A stretch of DNA of 64,000 nucleotides from Phoronis australis (Eukaryota; Animalia; Phoronida), in contig NMRA01000437.1 in assembly GCA_002633005.1 (NCBI GenBank), positions 216,330 through 280,329 on the forward strand. Reading direction: 5' to 3'. Position numbers and translations under genes: made by a program. Below the pieces are notes generated by a model. It had not been told where the DNA came from and made no database searches. It saw only the letters and a program-made list of their open reading frames with translations. Shown here piece after piece: positions 27,161 through 40,900 of the stretch; position 1 is the first letter of the stretch, and each line of letters starts with the position of its first letter.

Positions 27161-30100
27161 TACCAAGAAACACGTTTGTCCTTTAACCTTGACTTGATAT
27201 CCCTCTCCATCATGAAGAAGAAACATCACTTCCGGGCCTAATTTGTCCTATTTAAGCATCATTGTCACTTCTTTCCAGTTTGCGGATGATGTCACTTCCC
27301 AGTACTCCTTTGGCCTTTGACATCTGATCGTTGACCATGGATCACCAAAAATTTTCGTCTTGAGTTTAAAAATGCAATGAGTCAATACGGATCAAATTAT
27401 TATGCTCTGCAAAGTATGAGCTTAACAAATTTTCTCGATGTTTTCGAAATACAAATATTAACGATCAAATGCAAATTTTCTTGCGCGTTTAGATGGGCTG
27501 CAAAAACTTGAGGGCCGCCTAAGAACAATGTCGTAGCCAAAGCCACCAAAGGGTGAATCGACTGGTCGATAAGTTTTTCTCTGTTCTTCATGCTTCGCTG
27601 TCTTTTTGCTAGACCTTCCCACGCCTATGATCCCTGTTGCCACTGTTCTACCCCGTTGACACGTGATAAGTACGGGTCACTTGTAGTAGCATGCGTGTCG
27701 GATGCGAGGAGGGGGAGCAAGGAGAACCTCAACTCCTGATGTTTGAGGGTCATACCCACTAAAGCGACGTAAAAAAAATCTGTTAAGCAGCTTCGCCGTT
27801 TACGATAGGGGGTGACGGAGAGAAACTGGCGTCGACGCAATGGGAGGATGATGGAAACTGGGCTCCGTTCCGTAAACTTAGACGCTGTCTCGAGCATGTG
27901 CATGTTCGTCTTGTGTATTTTTTAATTTCTTGTGTCTTCAGAACACAGATCTCGTGGCTAAGAAGGATGCGTTTTACTTTTATTACTTCCTAATGAAAAA
28001 ATAGCCCTAAACGTATGAGTGATGACGTTCTGAAACAGCACATCATCAGTTTCATTCTAAATTGTTTACCCATAATGCAACACACGTGCCATACATTTGC
28101 CTTGCTTTTTTACACTATCTCATATATTAATTATTACGTAATTTATTATTGGAAGACGGGCTTACCTGTGATATTGGATTTTGACTGCAAGACATTGACC
28201 AACATGGTAAATATCAGTGATGGACGAGTTATATTGTTTTCCCTTGTTAGTTCACTAAGGAGTAGGTCTACATGTACATGATATTTTGAAAAGTGGGTTA
28301 GACGTGCAGTGCATTTTTCAACACGAACCATGATAGTTCAAACACAACTGATAAATTAGTTAAATATTTCTTTGTGAGCAGGGGTTTTGCTAAGTTTTCA
28401 ATGACCGCAAGCTCCTATCCAAATGGAGCATATAGGGGGTCCAAACCCACTGCTGGACCTCTTCTGTATTTTTGTAATACATGAGGATGACGTGCCTCCT
28501 TTGTGTGTCTGATTGTCATGATCCGGGATCTGTACCCATCTTATAGACATTCACAGTGCTCATATATTCTTGTGCACCCTGACTGATCCCTGAAGCATGA
28601 AATAACTGTGGCCGGAAGTTCATACTGTGTCCGCTGAGCTGCACGATTGCGAGAAATGTCCTAACCGCATACTATCACCACCTCCCGCAGGTACAACAAA
28701 ACTACTAGCCAATACAATAACAATATCAACAACAACAAAAACACCAACAACAAAAAATAACAACCAACACAACAATAACAAAATAAATCGCGTCATGAGC
28801 AGGAAAAAGAAAAACAATTCTAAACACGTCACGATGGAAAATTATTAGGTGGTGGCATTATTTCTCATATGGGGAACACGAGGACAACATCAATACGAAA
28901 AGTGTCTTCTAAAGCATCCACTTCGAACGGTAACATCAACGCGTTTTCAGCTCCAAAATCCCAGTTTCCAACAAATTAAGTAAGACACTTGCAAAACGTA
29001 TAAAGTTAACACAGGCAATTATCAACGAACAGCGCCACTTACGCCATATGTCGACGGCAACAAAACAACAAGTAATTCTCTCAGCACTGACACAAGTGCA
29101 AACTACTCGAGAACCGCTCACACGTTTGGTGATCGCAGTACGTTAACAAGAAATTCTCAGATAACACTCGTTCACTAACGCAAAAAGGTTACGATTGTCC
29201 TCTGGTTTACAACACCACGTGAGAGTGACGTCACAGTGACGACACTGCCGGAGGTATCTGCACCGGCGTCACCTACCACTAAAATTTTTGTAGATACTTG
29301 TGATCTCTGCTCGCATTTCAACAGTTCAGGTGCCCATACACCAATGAAAGTCCGTGTCTTTGTTGAGGCGTTGCCACCCGACTAAGTCGCAACCAAGTCG
29401 TGTATATATGCGCATCACTTATGCCCATAATTCCGTGGAGTAGGTGAATGCAACACTGTTATTATTCCAAGCAATGTCCCTGTTCTTGTGGTCATGCGGA
29501 CAACTGAAAGGCAATTTTCCTGCTTACACCCAAACACGGAAATCTGGAACGAAGCTGATAAAACTATCTAACTTGCTTTAAAATGTCTTTGCTGTGATAT
29601 CGATTTGCTTCTTCCACTAAACTGAACTGACTAGAGATCGACCACTATCAAAATAAAACGGCCGAGATTCGTTAACACACCTTTTCTTACCTATTCCCTG
29701 AACCACCCGTTTAGAAATAGGGATCGATTTCCACCATAATATGGAATGATTGTTCAAAATACTTTTTTGTGGCTGAGTAACCTCGGGTTTTCCATTCAGT
29801 TTATAGGTGGTGTGTTATGAAAGGTGTCCCTTTCGGCGCTGTGCAGGAATTTGTACCCGCACAGTTTTGTAATTGGCTTTCCTGAGATATGTCAATGTCA
29901 CTTTGGCTTTGTAGTGTGCATGTAAAGGCTTAATCTCGAAGTTAACTCGGGAGCATTAGAGCCTAAATGAATTGGATCAAGGGTTGAAGGGCAGTTGAAG
30001 TCAACAATTTGATATCACTAAAATCGAAGGAAAAGGGTGTCCGGACCCCCTTGATCACCCCTGGATCCGCCCATGTACCCAAAGCATTTTAGAATTTCAT

Positions 30101-31672
30101 GCTGCTTTTGTAGTTTTTTCATGTGTTCTACAAACCTTGTTATAGTATTTTATGTGAAAATGGTGCAAATCAATGTTTGCAAGAAACGGATAATAAATTT
30201 CGTAACTTTAACATGTAGTTTGAAAGCCCTGACTGTTCTACTCGTGCCTCGGTTATGCACCACTCGCAGATTGTACTATATAAAAAGAGCCTCAGCGAAT
30301 ACACATGCGCGTCATTTTTGAAAGTTTTCAGTCGTTCAGTATCGCGGCCACCGCTGCGTGTGAGGGAGGAAACGGAGTCATGTAAAGCACTGAAAATGGC
30401 ATTTATTTTATCAAACTTGACACTCTATCAGTGAAACACGCTGGCACTCTTGTCAAGGAAAACAGACGTGTGAAATATACAAAAGGCAAATAAAAGACGA
30501 CTACGTAATTTACAATAGGCGACACGACGTTCACAAAAGTCAGTTTAAAAAGGACATGAATAATTAGCTGTTAAGTTCTCTGTTTAAATTACGGTGGTTA
30601 AATATTTATACACGTAATTTATGCTACTAAGTATTTTTCCTGAAAAAATACTGCGCAAGAGCTGCGCACTGAATGAGACCAAATTCCAGCAAGACACTTA
30701 GACTTGCTTTTGAGCAAACGGTCAGTTTTGTCCTTCGTCGATGTCGTTTTCAGACTTTCCACAGCTTGTCAGTGTGTTGTTGTCTCAATTCGAAATCGAA
30801 ACTCAAACAACGCAGTTGCAGGGGCGAAACTAGCGGAAAATTGAAGCAATTATGGGCTAGTCGAGCAAAAGACGAAAACGTCAGATAAAAACTTGCTCTC
30901 ATGAAATGTGAGATTTTTGCCGTTTGCCAGTGTGGACTCGAGCTCATTATCATAATAACCAGGAGGAGGAGACGATACTCACCACACCCCTCCCCGATCG
31001 GTGGCCAATTCGACTATTAGTTTCGCCCTTGCTGTGAGTTATTACATAATGGCCAACAACTTTAGAACAGCTGACTATAACAGGTGTACACCACTCTACA
31101 TACATATACATATAAAAATCACTACTAAAATTATGAATAAAAATAAAACAATGCAGTATGCTTGTCTGCAAAATTGAGCAATTCGTTATGAGTTAATAAC
31201 CATAATACAATACACGAATAACAACGAAATAATCTTTTTGCGTTAATAGCAATTCAAAATAAAACGTCTCTGTGTGCATGGTGTCTATTTAATGTACACT
31301 GGGTATATAAAGTTGATGCTTGTGTGGTCTAAATAAACTTTCAATGGCCTAGTTCTATTTATTAAAAGAATTGATTAAAATGTTTGTGTACATACATGTA
31401 TCTAAATAAATGCAAACTGACAAAAATGCGCCAGAAGAAATTCTAAGGAAAACGCAAGTCATTCTTGACTCGATCGATTTATAGACTCTCTATCGAACAA
31501 ATTTAAAGAAATATAGCGATGTTTTGACAAACGATTTCAATGTTAATTTGCCCGGGAAATATAAGTTCGACATTGCATGAAATCATACAACTTGTCGTGA
31601 ATAAATTCACCTTAGCTTATGTATAAATCACAAATTACAACTTCTCAGCACTTGATGAGAGAGTACCGATCC

Positions 31673-31907
31673 CTAGTAGGCCAGCGGCATATTGAAGATT
31701 GGTCCGACCTTGGGCTCGGCAGGATAAGCCTTGCGACGTCCCATGCAGCCCTTTGCGTCAATGTCCAGCGAGTTGTCCTTGACGGCGATATCGTGTTGAA
31801 GAGTGTTCTTCGCCTTCTGGAGGCGCGCCATGCTGATCTCGCTGTGTTTTAGTTTCTCCTTCAGGTAGCGGACAGAGTCGCGGATTTCTTGTACCTCTCT
31901 CTGCAGC
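31673..31907 (-). CDS. TEKT3: Tektin terminal coding exon (LQREVQEIRDSVRYLKEKLKHSEISMARLQKAKNTLQHDIAVKDNSLDIDAKGCMGRRKAYPAEPKVGPIFNMPLAY*)
   Basis: ctttacag acceptor, TAG at 31673-31675; candidate minus-strand AATAAA signals at 31358-31363 and 30402-30407. Confidence 0.95.
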
Positions 31908-34900
31908 CTGTAAAGAAAATCCACAGTAATTAAGTGTATTTTCGTTTCTAGTTGCTCCAGAGTTAGCTTGAAATAGCGGTTGTTTTGCACTTGCTGTCTT
32001 TTATCGCGTTAGAAGGTGATGTTCATTGACAGTGAACCTTGTTTAAAACGTAGAACTACCGTGCTCTCCTAGGGTTAAAAACCTACATTGTGTTCTAAAG
32101 TCATAAAAATAATTTTGAAATCTTGTGAAATTTTCTCATGATTTACTCACATCTATGAAAAGCCACGATTATATTATTTCGATATGCAATAGAATTAGCT
32201 ATTATCTTTGTACTATCGCAATTTATAATAAGTGAACTTGAGTTTGTTGCAACATAAAAACGATATTACTGTCATCAGTGGATGACGTAGTATGAGTCCT
32301 ACATGAAGAAATATCCGGTAAATATCAGTGAAGTAATCAGACAACAATGCCTCAAACGAACCCCTTCCATGTAATAAATCATTATTAGCCAAGTAGTATT
32401 TATTCACAATGTATTCTATAGTCAATAGTTTCAAATATCGTTCACTGGCAGCTACGAAAATTGATTCCAGGGTAGTGCGCTCACCCAAGGCGCTCCCCAA
32501 AATACCAGGAGAACGCGTAAATAACAGCCGTGATAAAAACCGTAAGTATGTAGCCTAGATAGACAGTGTATGCCAATGAAGGTGAGCTGCATGCGTTGAC
32601 ACATCGCCTACCCTTACATTAATCATTCATCTTCCCTGCACTTGCAAATCAGGGTCGAGTGGCATCATTGATCATAGACAAAAGATTCGCAAATCTGACA
32701 TTTTTTTCCGTACTAACCTAGAGGCGGCGCCACTCTCCTAAATTATCTGTTTCATTTTCCGGTTAGTGTAATTGTGACGCGAAATTCGCGCATCTATTTT
32801 ACTGTCCAGTACAACGAAAATAAAATACTAATTTCGGTATTGGAACGCTGTTCAAAATCTTAAAATAGTACTAGAGAACTGTTGGTGAGTACTTTTAGCT
32901 ATGCTACTACCAACCGACCACACAACAGGCGACCAAGATTAGCAGACGACGTACTTGCAGGAAATATTACCAGATAATTTGGCCAAGTGTCGCTAGTGAA
33001 CAATGACGTAACGTTGTGCAGAAAAGTACAGATTTCGTCCATTGAAAGTATACGGAGTTGGCGGTCCTCGTACTATTGTCTATGGTTGCATGAAAGTTAT
33101 ACGCCGTATAGCAACAATGACGTCGCATTAGCACGTGCCATGTTGTTATTGTTGAACAATGCACCAGACGTCATGCAACAATCAAACTTATCCAGCGGAT
33201 AATTTTGAAGTTTTATGCAACCCAGTCCTGGTAAAAAACTCTTCTACATTCGAGTCAACAGGAAGTTTTCACCCATTCGATGCTTAAACAACCGAGTACA
33301 AACATTGGCATCTTTCAACTTACGTCTTCATCACTGGATCGTTACACAATTCAACGTTTAATCGTCTGCAGCGTTCTTCCAATCTCGTCTGCGCCACTTT
33401 CATTGGAGCCTCCTTGTCACGGATGGCCTTACGGAGAAGCTCAATGTTCTTCTCCATGTCGTGGATTTCTCGCATGGTCTGTAAAATAGTCGTACAGTTT
33501 TATCTACGCTTCAACCTGAAATTATGAATGTGTTAACAAAAACTACAAAATTGGATTTCATATTTTCATTGTGACGACAGCATCTGTTTGAGCATTTAGC
33601 GCCCTTTTGCGGGCCAGAAAACGAGCCCGATATGCCATTTTGAAAGTTTACGCGGACTTGTCACATTCAAAAATTGTCAGTGGTTGTCCAACCTTAAGAC
33701 ATCCAAGATCTCTACAGATACATGTATAAACGGCAGCCTTAGGTATTTATGGAACACTCTTTACTCATAAAGGTTCCAATAGTTTTTGGAGGTAATAGAA
33801 ACGAAATCCTATAATGCAATTGGACAGTTTGGAGCCGATTTTGTAGGGGCAAGGGGACTAGATTTTACTTTATTTTTTAGAAAACTGAACAAAGAAAATA
33901 CTATTTGAAAGCCAGGAAATGGACAGAGCGCTATACGTCCAGGCGTTGCATGGACTAAAATTTGCCGGGCTGTCATTGTATGGTCTCTTGATTGCAACAC
34001 CACTTAATTTTGGAAATAACAATAATTTTGTAAGAAATAACACAAAAAAGCAGAAATACACTTGTTGGCACTCTGCAACTTAAGTCTTCAGATACGAAAC
34101 TGCACTCGTATGTCACTTTCACCAAACTGTCGTAGTTGTAAGAAGACTTTTTACAAAAGAATCTAAATGGGCACTTACGCCAAAACTAAAGACTGGTTTA
34201 TACAGGTAAGCCTATGCAAGTCTCCATTTAGACTCGACGTAAAAAAGTCACAAACTAACGACGTGTTAGCCAAACAAGCTTAGTGATGATAATATGAATT
34301 AGGTTGATTTCTCATGAACATGCTCAGCAACCGTAGGCATAAAGCTGTTCAATGTCATTTTACAATTTGGAAATTTTCCAAGTAATTTCAAACATGGTTG
34401 CGAACAATATCAGGGGAGTGTTTCGTAAACGCAACACGCTCGCGAGTACAGCTAGTTCGAAAGGGTAGAGCTAGGCAGCACCTCGCTAAGATTTCCACAT
34501 GAACCCCAAACGTATGCGTCGGTTTCCAGTTTGTTTCCTAGAAAACTGTAGCCTATTGAACGCGGCAAAAAAGTAGTCTACTTGTATGCGTCAAACAGGC
34601 CTACCCTCTGGAGGTGAGCTTGGAGCTTGTTTCTGGCGTCGGCGGTCTCTCTGATTCTGGCATTGAACGAGTTGTTGACGGAGTTGAACTGACTCCACAT
34701 GTCGTTGGCACACTGGCGCAAGGTTTGGTCGATCTCTCCGCGCAGGCGTTCAGAGGCGGCGCGTTCCTTCTGCGAGCGAATGATGTTGTTTTGAGTGAAT
34801 CTGGCCCAAGACTCAGGGATCGTTAGCCTGCAAAAAAGTTAATAGGGATTTTAAAACTGTTCGAAATCTTGAAACAAAAGTTAACCACACCGCAGCAATT

Positions 34901-37900
34901 ACAGACACCGACCAGCACGCAACACTGAATTCACAGTCCTGAACTGCTGGCGGGACGAGATTAACGAAATGTCGCATTGTTTAGGACAGTTAACTAGGAC
35001 AAGTTACTGACAAAACTAACCATTGAGAGTTACTGTGGAACCACCCTCAGATAACCATGTCTATTTTGTACCAGATCCCATTGTCTCATCACCTCTCGCA
35101 GGCTCAGCCTAGGCTCAGATTGGAAACTAATCATTTTCAGAGTACGATCTTGTACATTTGTACGTTTACTAGAAGCGTGCCTTGCAATTTTCGAGTCCAG
35201 TTTTGAGTACAAATAATAGATCAACAAAAGTTATTTTGTGTGACTCAACGCAAAGCTTTGTCATTATTGTTATCGTCCTACACCAGAGGTCGGTAATAGT
35301 TTTGTTCGGCCTGCGACCACACGGTAACAAAACCTGTGCCTTTGACCAGAGGGCAATGTCTCTTAACGACACTATTTTAAAACCAAGAGCTAACAATTGT
35401 ATAAAACAGGTCCAAAAGCGACAAGGTCTCAAGAGAACCACAATAACACACATTTAAAACATTACAGAGCAAATAGGAAAAAATGGAGTTGAACTAAAGA
35501 TAGCTTTTGGTGATTGAGTGTGAGTACTGACGCATGGGAAAAATGCAAAGTTGTATTCATAAGCTGGTCACCGAGAATCGCGCGCCACCTCGTGGCATGG
35601 AGAAATGTCAACTGTCGTACACAACGACATGTAGCACTACAAGCTCCACAAATACTCCCACAATCAACGTTTTTTTCCCAATAGCCCTCCGTCCCATCAG
35701 CGAAATTGAATGAACGTCATTACAGTCAAAGTGCTCGAGGTCAAACAGCACGTACATAGCATAGCGGGTTTAGGGGGGGGGGGAGGCCCGCCCTCCCCCC
35801 GGGCCTCCCTCCTTGGCTGCCGCTAGCAAAATAGAACAGCAACAGTGTGAAACGTGAGGAAATATTGAGTTCGGTAACTAGGACCGGCAGCGGAAAAGGG
35901 GGAGGGAGGCTCAGACCCCCGATCGCGGCGGAACGGAATCGCGTTCCCGTTTTTTTTTTAGTCCACCGATAGATTTTCCAAACTTTCCGGCCGCCGCCTG
36001 TGCAGCACATACAATCACGCTTTGCCCAATTCCCCGAGGCAACAAGTTGCGCCCCCCCCCCTTATGGTATCCTAGATCCGCCACTGCATAGGATTATGCC
36101 TGCCAACGCTGCCAGGAAACAGCGGGGGAGCTCTCTACACCATCTCGTACTAAATTATGGAAAATTGGTAATTTCTTTAGTTATCACCTACAATAGGGTA
36201 ATTTTAAACAATTAGCAGATTGTGTAGCCGATAATGAAAGGAACATGTCAATCGAACAGCTCCTTCAAACTTCCATTTGGCCTTGTGCTTTGATCCGCAA
36301 AGAACAATCCTTTATTCGAAGACAAGTAGTGATACCCGCAGTCATGTCGATATTTCTACCTCGCGGTCCCAATTAACTAAATTTAGAATTTAGTACTCTT
36401 AATTGAGGTTGTATTCACATTCGTTTATAACATAATTACACATGTTTTGACGTACTGTTTCTTTGTTCGCTCCCGTAGTTTATTTTGCAGTATTTAAGGG
36501 CTTTTGGATACTTTACCTTTCATGTTGTTAATCCCTAATGTCATGGTCATCTGTCTTATTGTTTCTGTATTATATCACTGAAACTCTAATAAATGTGTAT
36601 CAAAATATGCGTTTCGTATCAAAGTAATGCAAAGCCCGTAAATGCAATGTTCTTACTTTTTCAAATGTCTACCTTCCATGGGGTCTCAAAATCAGTCAAC
36701 AGCCCAAAGATGACGTGACATCAGATATACCAATGCACGGTGCGAAGTACTTGTGACCGTAGTGAAACAATAAAAAAGAGGAAACGACAGAACATTTCAC
36801 TGCTGCTATTTCCCGTGACGAAGTATGCATGTTTCCAAGGTTATTAGGCATGCCTTACTTCTGTTATTCGCAACACTCTTCAGTGCCCTTCTCGAGGTAA
36901 AGCGGACGAATCTGCTTAAGGACGTGTTTTATTCACTGCTCTTACCAGATAATAGCTTTTAGTGAATATTTGAGAATGTTTAGTTCATGGTTCAACTCGA
37001 CGTTGGAGAGATATACATGTAGTATGCATGTCGTTGCGTCTTTCCTATTTGAGGGAGACTCGTTGGAAATAACCGCTACTCATTTAAAGCCATCCGCCTC
37101 GTGGTTTTGAGGCATCACGCCACTCAAAAGTACGGGTTCGCGCGCCAACGATGTACAGGCAACGAATGGTAATGAATTATATAACGGAATTGAAATAATG
37201 CGGACGAATAACAACAGTTTGTCTCAATAATGTGTGATGGCTTTTGGAAGTCCATTTCATGGCTTCATAAATAACTATCATATTCAATATAGATGCAAGA
37301 GCCTAAAGTTTTATAGACATGTTTGTAACAATCTTACGTGTAGGTGGCCCGCGCATATTGAAGACGTGACTATTAAGAAAGTGATTGATTTAGTGCTCCA
37401 GGACAGTCATAAACCTCATGTACAGAGAAAAACGTGATTAACTTTAATTACCGTTGCTAGTGGCACTTAGTTTGATTGCCGACGTTACAAAATTGCTTTT
37501 ATCCATAATGAAGCGAAGAACAAATTGGAAAATATTACTATTCTGCGACTAAGAAATTATGAGCACTTGAACTGTTTTAGGGAACAGCGCGGAAATGTCA
37601 CAAACCCACATATTCTCCCAGTAGGCTTAACCACCACACCCCATTTATGTTAAGATGAGCCGTTTTAAATCAAATATTTTTTGAATGTGACGATATTTTT
37701 TCGCTATTCCAAATCCCTATCCGATTTATACATGTACGGCTTCAGGTTGAAGGCCTATTTGTTCAGAGATGGGATGTACACAGAACGAAAACAGATATGC
37801 ATGCTAGACAAGCGACAGTGACATTTTGGTGCAGTCATGCCACAGCCACGGACTCTATACTTACGTGTTGTCAACATTCTCAATGCCTGGGTGGTACCCA

Positions 37901-40900
37901 ATTCCTTGGGAGGAGTTCCTCAGCTGGTACATCCGGTCGTCGAGATTCTGCGCGTGAAACTTGTCTTTCTGATCCTTAGACATCTCATGTAAGGCGGCAC
38001 GGTCCAGTCTGCAAATTTGCACAACCACATTATATAAGTTCGGTTTACATTCTAACTCGAAAAATACCCTTTAAGCCTGTCGTTTTTGAAAACGACCAAG
38101 CAATGTCAGACAGAGTCGTTATTAGGCGGGTAGAACAAGCAGTATTCACGAGGTGGGTTTCTGTTCTAAAGTTGTCATAGCGAACTTCGGGCTGCTTCAT
38201 ATTCCATAGAACATTATGTTCATTACAGTGAATTATTATTTTCACAATGCTGTCAAATCCTATTGCCTTTGGCTTACAACTTTGATTCCCGAGGTGCTGT
38301 ATTTAATAGTTGATTTCAATGAAACAAGAGATGTCTTTTTAACTTTTCACTCGTTAAAGCACTGGTTAAACGTTGTGCAGATTGCTTTGTCCTTGCCAAC
38401 CCAAAGAAAATGATATTAGTGTCGATGTCGATTTCACACATACCAGAATCCACACGCTCCCCTAAATTTCACCCAGATTCCATTTGGCAGTCCGCTGACG
38501 CGCAAAATACTCTGCCCTGCCCACCCCCTCCCCCAACTCAAAATCCCGGATCCGCCCCTGCACAAATACAAGAACTGCAATGCGCACGCGCCACTTTTAC
38601 TATCTTTAAAAAGATCAACGGTAGGTGACTTTTTGACACGAGTTTCCGAGACAACAGAAAATTAACAAACTGGATGTTTCGGCAATTCTTAAATCAGGCA
38701 CAACAACGCTGTGCATTGCAGACATACTTGAGTTGGATATGAGCCTTCTGGAGTACTTTCTTCATGCGTTCTTGACATCTCTTAATGACAGCGACCTCCT
38801 GCGAATAAAAAAGAATTGGTTTCCAGCTTTTTTTTAATGTTTATTACGAAATCTTCAGAATACAATGAATATACATAACCCAGAAAGCGCCAAGAGGCAT
38901 TAGATCTGGGTAAAAAATACAAAGAAGTCTATATACAATGATTATATGCGAATACATAAATAAAAAAACTGATGTTAAGAATACAATGATATATGACAAC
39001 GAATGAAAATAATTCATTTTCATACAGATGTATAAAATTCTATCCACTCACACAAAGAGATTTAATGTTAGAAAGAAATTCTGATACTATTTCAAATAAA
39101 ACCTTATTTTCGTTTGAGTTAAGTTCTTGACATCCATACAGAAAGAAATTAATTTTGTTGGTTTCCAGCTTGTACCAGTTCATTTCAGCTTCTAATAGCG
39201 CTAAGTGAGGGATTGAAATAGCTGAAGAACAGTAAAGTGTACAAGAATTTGACGCGCAATCAGCTTTCTCTGGCGCCAGACGGCGCTGTGCGTACCCGCC
39301 CTCAAATCTCCCTCTATTGGCCACGTGANGTCAAATCCTATTGCCTTTTGCTTACAACTTTGATTCCAGGTGCTGTATTTAATAGTTGATTTCAATGAAA
39401 AAAGAGATGTCTTTTTAACTTTTCACTCGTTAAAGCACTGGTTAAACGTTGTGCAGATTGCTTTGTCCTTGCCAACCCAAAGAAAATGATATTAGTGTCG
39501 ATGTCGATTTCACATATACCAGAATCCACACGCCCCCTCCCCTAAATTTCACCCAGATTCCATTTGGCAGTTCTCTGACGGGCAAAATCTCGGCTAATAC
39601 TCTGGTCTGCCCACCCCCCAACTCAAAATCCTGGATCCGCCCCTGAACAAATACAAGAACTGCAATGCGCACGCGTCACTTTTACTATCTTTAAAAAGGT
39701 GAACTGTTGGTGACTTTTTGACACGAGTTTCCGAGACAACAGAAAATTAACAAACTGGATGTTTCAGCAAATTCTTAAATCAGTCACAACAACGATGTGC
39801 ATTGAAGACATACTTGAGTTGGATATGAGCCTTCTGGAGTACTTTCTTCATGCGTTCTTGGCATCTCTTAATGACAGCGACCTCCTGCGAATAAAAAAGA
39901 ATTGGTTTCTAGTTTGTACCAGTTCATTTCAGCTTCTAATAGCGCTAAGTGAGGGATTGAAATACCCGCTGAAGAACAGTAAAGTGTACCAGAATTTGAC
40001 GCGCAATCAGCTTTTTCTGGCGCCAGACGGCGCTGTGCGTGCCCGCCCTCAAATCTCCCTCTATTGGTCTCATGATATATCTTATGACAGCTTCACCAAT
40101 TTGGATTAACAGGCCAATTTGCGAAAACACCTTCCGAAGGGGATATACACCTATGATAAGTCTGGTGAAATTTAAATGTGCTGGGTCTCATTGTAGCAGT
40201 AAAGCTGGCTCATAAACGGAGTCAAATTAAAAGCACTGCAAGTGCTTTGTAGTATATTAGAGGTATGTGCTTCATGTTCACAAAATTTTACTAATACTAC
40301 ACTCATCCAGAGGTTACTTCCACATTATGGGCTCTAGGTTTGATCGGGTGCTTCACTTGTAGGCCTGCATGTGACGCAGGGGGTCTTTAGATGAGAGGCT
40401 GAAATAATTGCGTATGCGCAAAGCTGGAAGAACGTGAAGCCAGATATTTGACCACAGACCTACTCGGCTCGGCTGGCATTTATGTGCGCAAAGCACGTGC
40501 TCAGGTCTCCCCCTATTGACTTCGCGGTGAAATATGTTGCTTTATCCGCTGTAAGCCTACGTGTAACACTGCAGATCTCTTACCTTGATAAGTTGCCTCT
40601 CGACGTCATCGTGGACCTGATCGATTCCCTGTCTCATCTCACGATTTTCCAAGCACTTCTCAGCAATATCCAACGGTTGGGCGGTATCCAGGTAGGCCTT
40701 CTCCAACACACGCTTGTGCTCCTAATAAATAGGCAGTGTGACAATAAATCTTCCTTCTAGAGTTGTTGTACGGGCATTGAGTATGAGTTTAAGCGATACG
40801 ATGTCCAGTTTCGCCTGAATACGTGGTATAGTTAGTAGGAAATGTTATTTCTTATGCATTAGGCGTAGTTTCCACAATGACCTGATACAAATTTGAGGAC

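Larger units (their letters stand above)
38252..40068. repeat. Tandem duplication of a ~740-bp block (38252-39320 vs 39330-40068) across a single-N join; probable allelic overlap
   Basis: Near-identical copies with scattered SNPs/indels; the junction is exactly at the N (39329). Confidence 0.85.

Noticed and set aside
34614-34826. Plus-strand ORFs over tektin exons (also 31619-31852 and 40482-40760)
   Set aside because: Antisense shadows of the minus-strand tektin coding exons.
38728-39884. Second apparent pair of mutually exclusive tektin exons (exon 5 twice)
   Set aside because: Exons and introns are near-identical and the duplication boundary is exactly the single-N contig join, so it is best explained as two alleles, unlike the diverged 3a/3b pair.
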